Of a DNA stretch of 17,487 nucleotides, positions 17,028-17,487 are shown one piece after another (the stretch's first letter is position 1; each line of letters opens with the position of its first letter). The DNA comes from an uncultured Pirellulaceae bacterium (GTDB lineage Bacteria > Planctomycetota > Planctomycetia > Pirellulales > Pirellulaceae): positions 1 to 17,487 of the forward strand of contig CAYFJO010000212.1 in assembly GCA_964343305.1 (NCBI GenBank), read 5' to 3'. The notes under the pieces are model-generated. The model did no database searches, was not told the DNA's origin, and was given only the letters and a program-made list of their open reading frames with translations. Both the position numbers and the translations under genes were made by a program.

Positions 17028-17114
17028 CACGACGGCAGATTTTCCAAGGCAAAAGCAGTACAATTCATTCGCCGTGTTGGCTGATGCTCGTGTCTTTTTC
17101 GGGGGACATTTCGA

Positions 17115-17487
17115 ATGGAACTCTGCTTAGGGCTCCTTGGATTGGCGATTCTCGCGTTTGCGCTTTATGGGTTTGTGACTGCGCTGTTGAAACTCGGCCG
17201 GGCGGTTGATTATCAAGACATCGACAGGCCAAAGGACGTGTCGATCGAACAGCATGTACATTCCACGTGCATCATGCTCAACGGGCTCCGCTGGTCGCGC
17301 GACATCACCCACGAAGAATACACTCGGCTTCGCGATCTGCTCGAGACACAATATCCGTTTGTTCCGAATCTACCCATGCGTGTTCCTAAAGAACAGGTCG
17401 ATGGCCCGGACTTGGCGGAGACGACCAACGAAGAGACGACCAACGAAGAGACGACCAACGAAGAGACGACCAACGAAGAGACGACCA
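17115..17487 (+). CDS. Partial CDS (3' end beyond the window): small membrane protein with a C-terminal (ETTNE)n repeat.
   Basis: ATG at 17115 preceded by GGGGGA. The hand-translated open frame runs to the window end: MELCLGLLGLAILAFALYGFVTALLKLGRAVDYQDIDRPKDVSIEQHVHST...DGPDLAETTNEETTNEETTNEETTNEETT. It is not in the ORF track because no stop falls within the window. Confidence 0.5.
   Translation, partial: MELCLGLLGLAILAFALYGFVTALLKLGRAVDYQDIDRPKDVSIEQHVHSTCIMLNGLRWSRDITHEEYTRLRDLLETQYPFVPNLPMRVPKEQVDGPDLAETTNEETTNEETTNEETTNEETT
17418..17487. repeat. 15-bp perfect tandem repeat (GAGACGACCAACGAA), at least 4.7 copies, running off the window edge.
   Basis: Units at 17418-17432, 17433-17447, 17448-17462 and 17463-17477, plus a partial unit. 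In-frame, encoding ETTNE repeats. Confidence 0.9.

Noticed and set aside
17213-17473. 86-aa minus-strand ORF 'MVVSSLVVSSLVVSS...'.
   Set aside because: It is the reverse-complement reading of the 15-bp tandem repeat. The plus-strand partial ORF from 17115, with its TM helix plus ETTNE repeats, is the more plausible gene.
17418-17487. Possible CRISPR array suggested by perfect short repeats.
   Set aside because: The units are 15 bp and directly adjacent with no spacers, and they are in-frame within an ORF. This is a coding tandem repeat, not a CRISPR array.

Overview
High-GC (~57%) bacterial chromosomal window, gene-dense, with about 13 genes. The content is consistent with a Planctomycetota-like genome (low confidence): a Tat-signal Gfo/Idh/MocA oxidoreductase, zinc-ribbon membrane proteins and a sigma-54 activator.

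Gene order, 5' to 3':
- a very large SNF2-family helicase (1411 aa) whose roughly 950-aa N-terminus is uncharacterised (+)
- a convergent small nucleotidyltransferase-fold protein (-)
- a secreted HExxH zinc metallopeptidase (-)
- a GT4 glycosyltransferase, an EamA/DMT permease, a long YkgJ-type CxxCxxCC protein and a Tat-exported Gfo/Idh/MocA oxidoreductase (all +)
- a zinc-ribbon membrane protein (+)
- a sigma-54-dependent Fis-type activator with a degenerate receiver domain (-)
- divergently transcribed from that activator, a flotillin-like SPFH/Band-7 protein, a small secreted protein and a xylose-isomerase-like TIM-barrel protein (+)
- a partial membrane protein ending in a 15-bp tandem repeat (+)

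No rRNA, tRNA, CRISPR array, transposase or integrase was recognised.

Observations worth a second look:
1. A 68-bp compound palindrome sits in-frame inside the helicase gene.
2. A short motif family, TGTAGAAC/GAACAAT plus GTAGGACG hairpins, recurs immediately 3' of several stop codons.
3. A good sigma-54 -24/-12 match and a perfect 7-bp inverted repeat lie in the divergent region between the sigma-54 activator and the flotillin-like gene, suggesting a Psp-like membrane-stress module.
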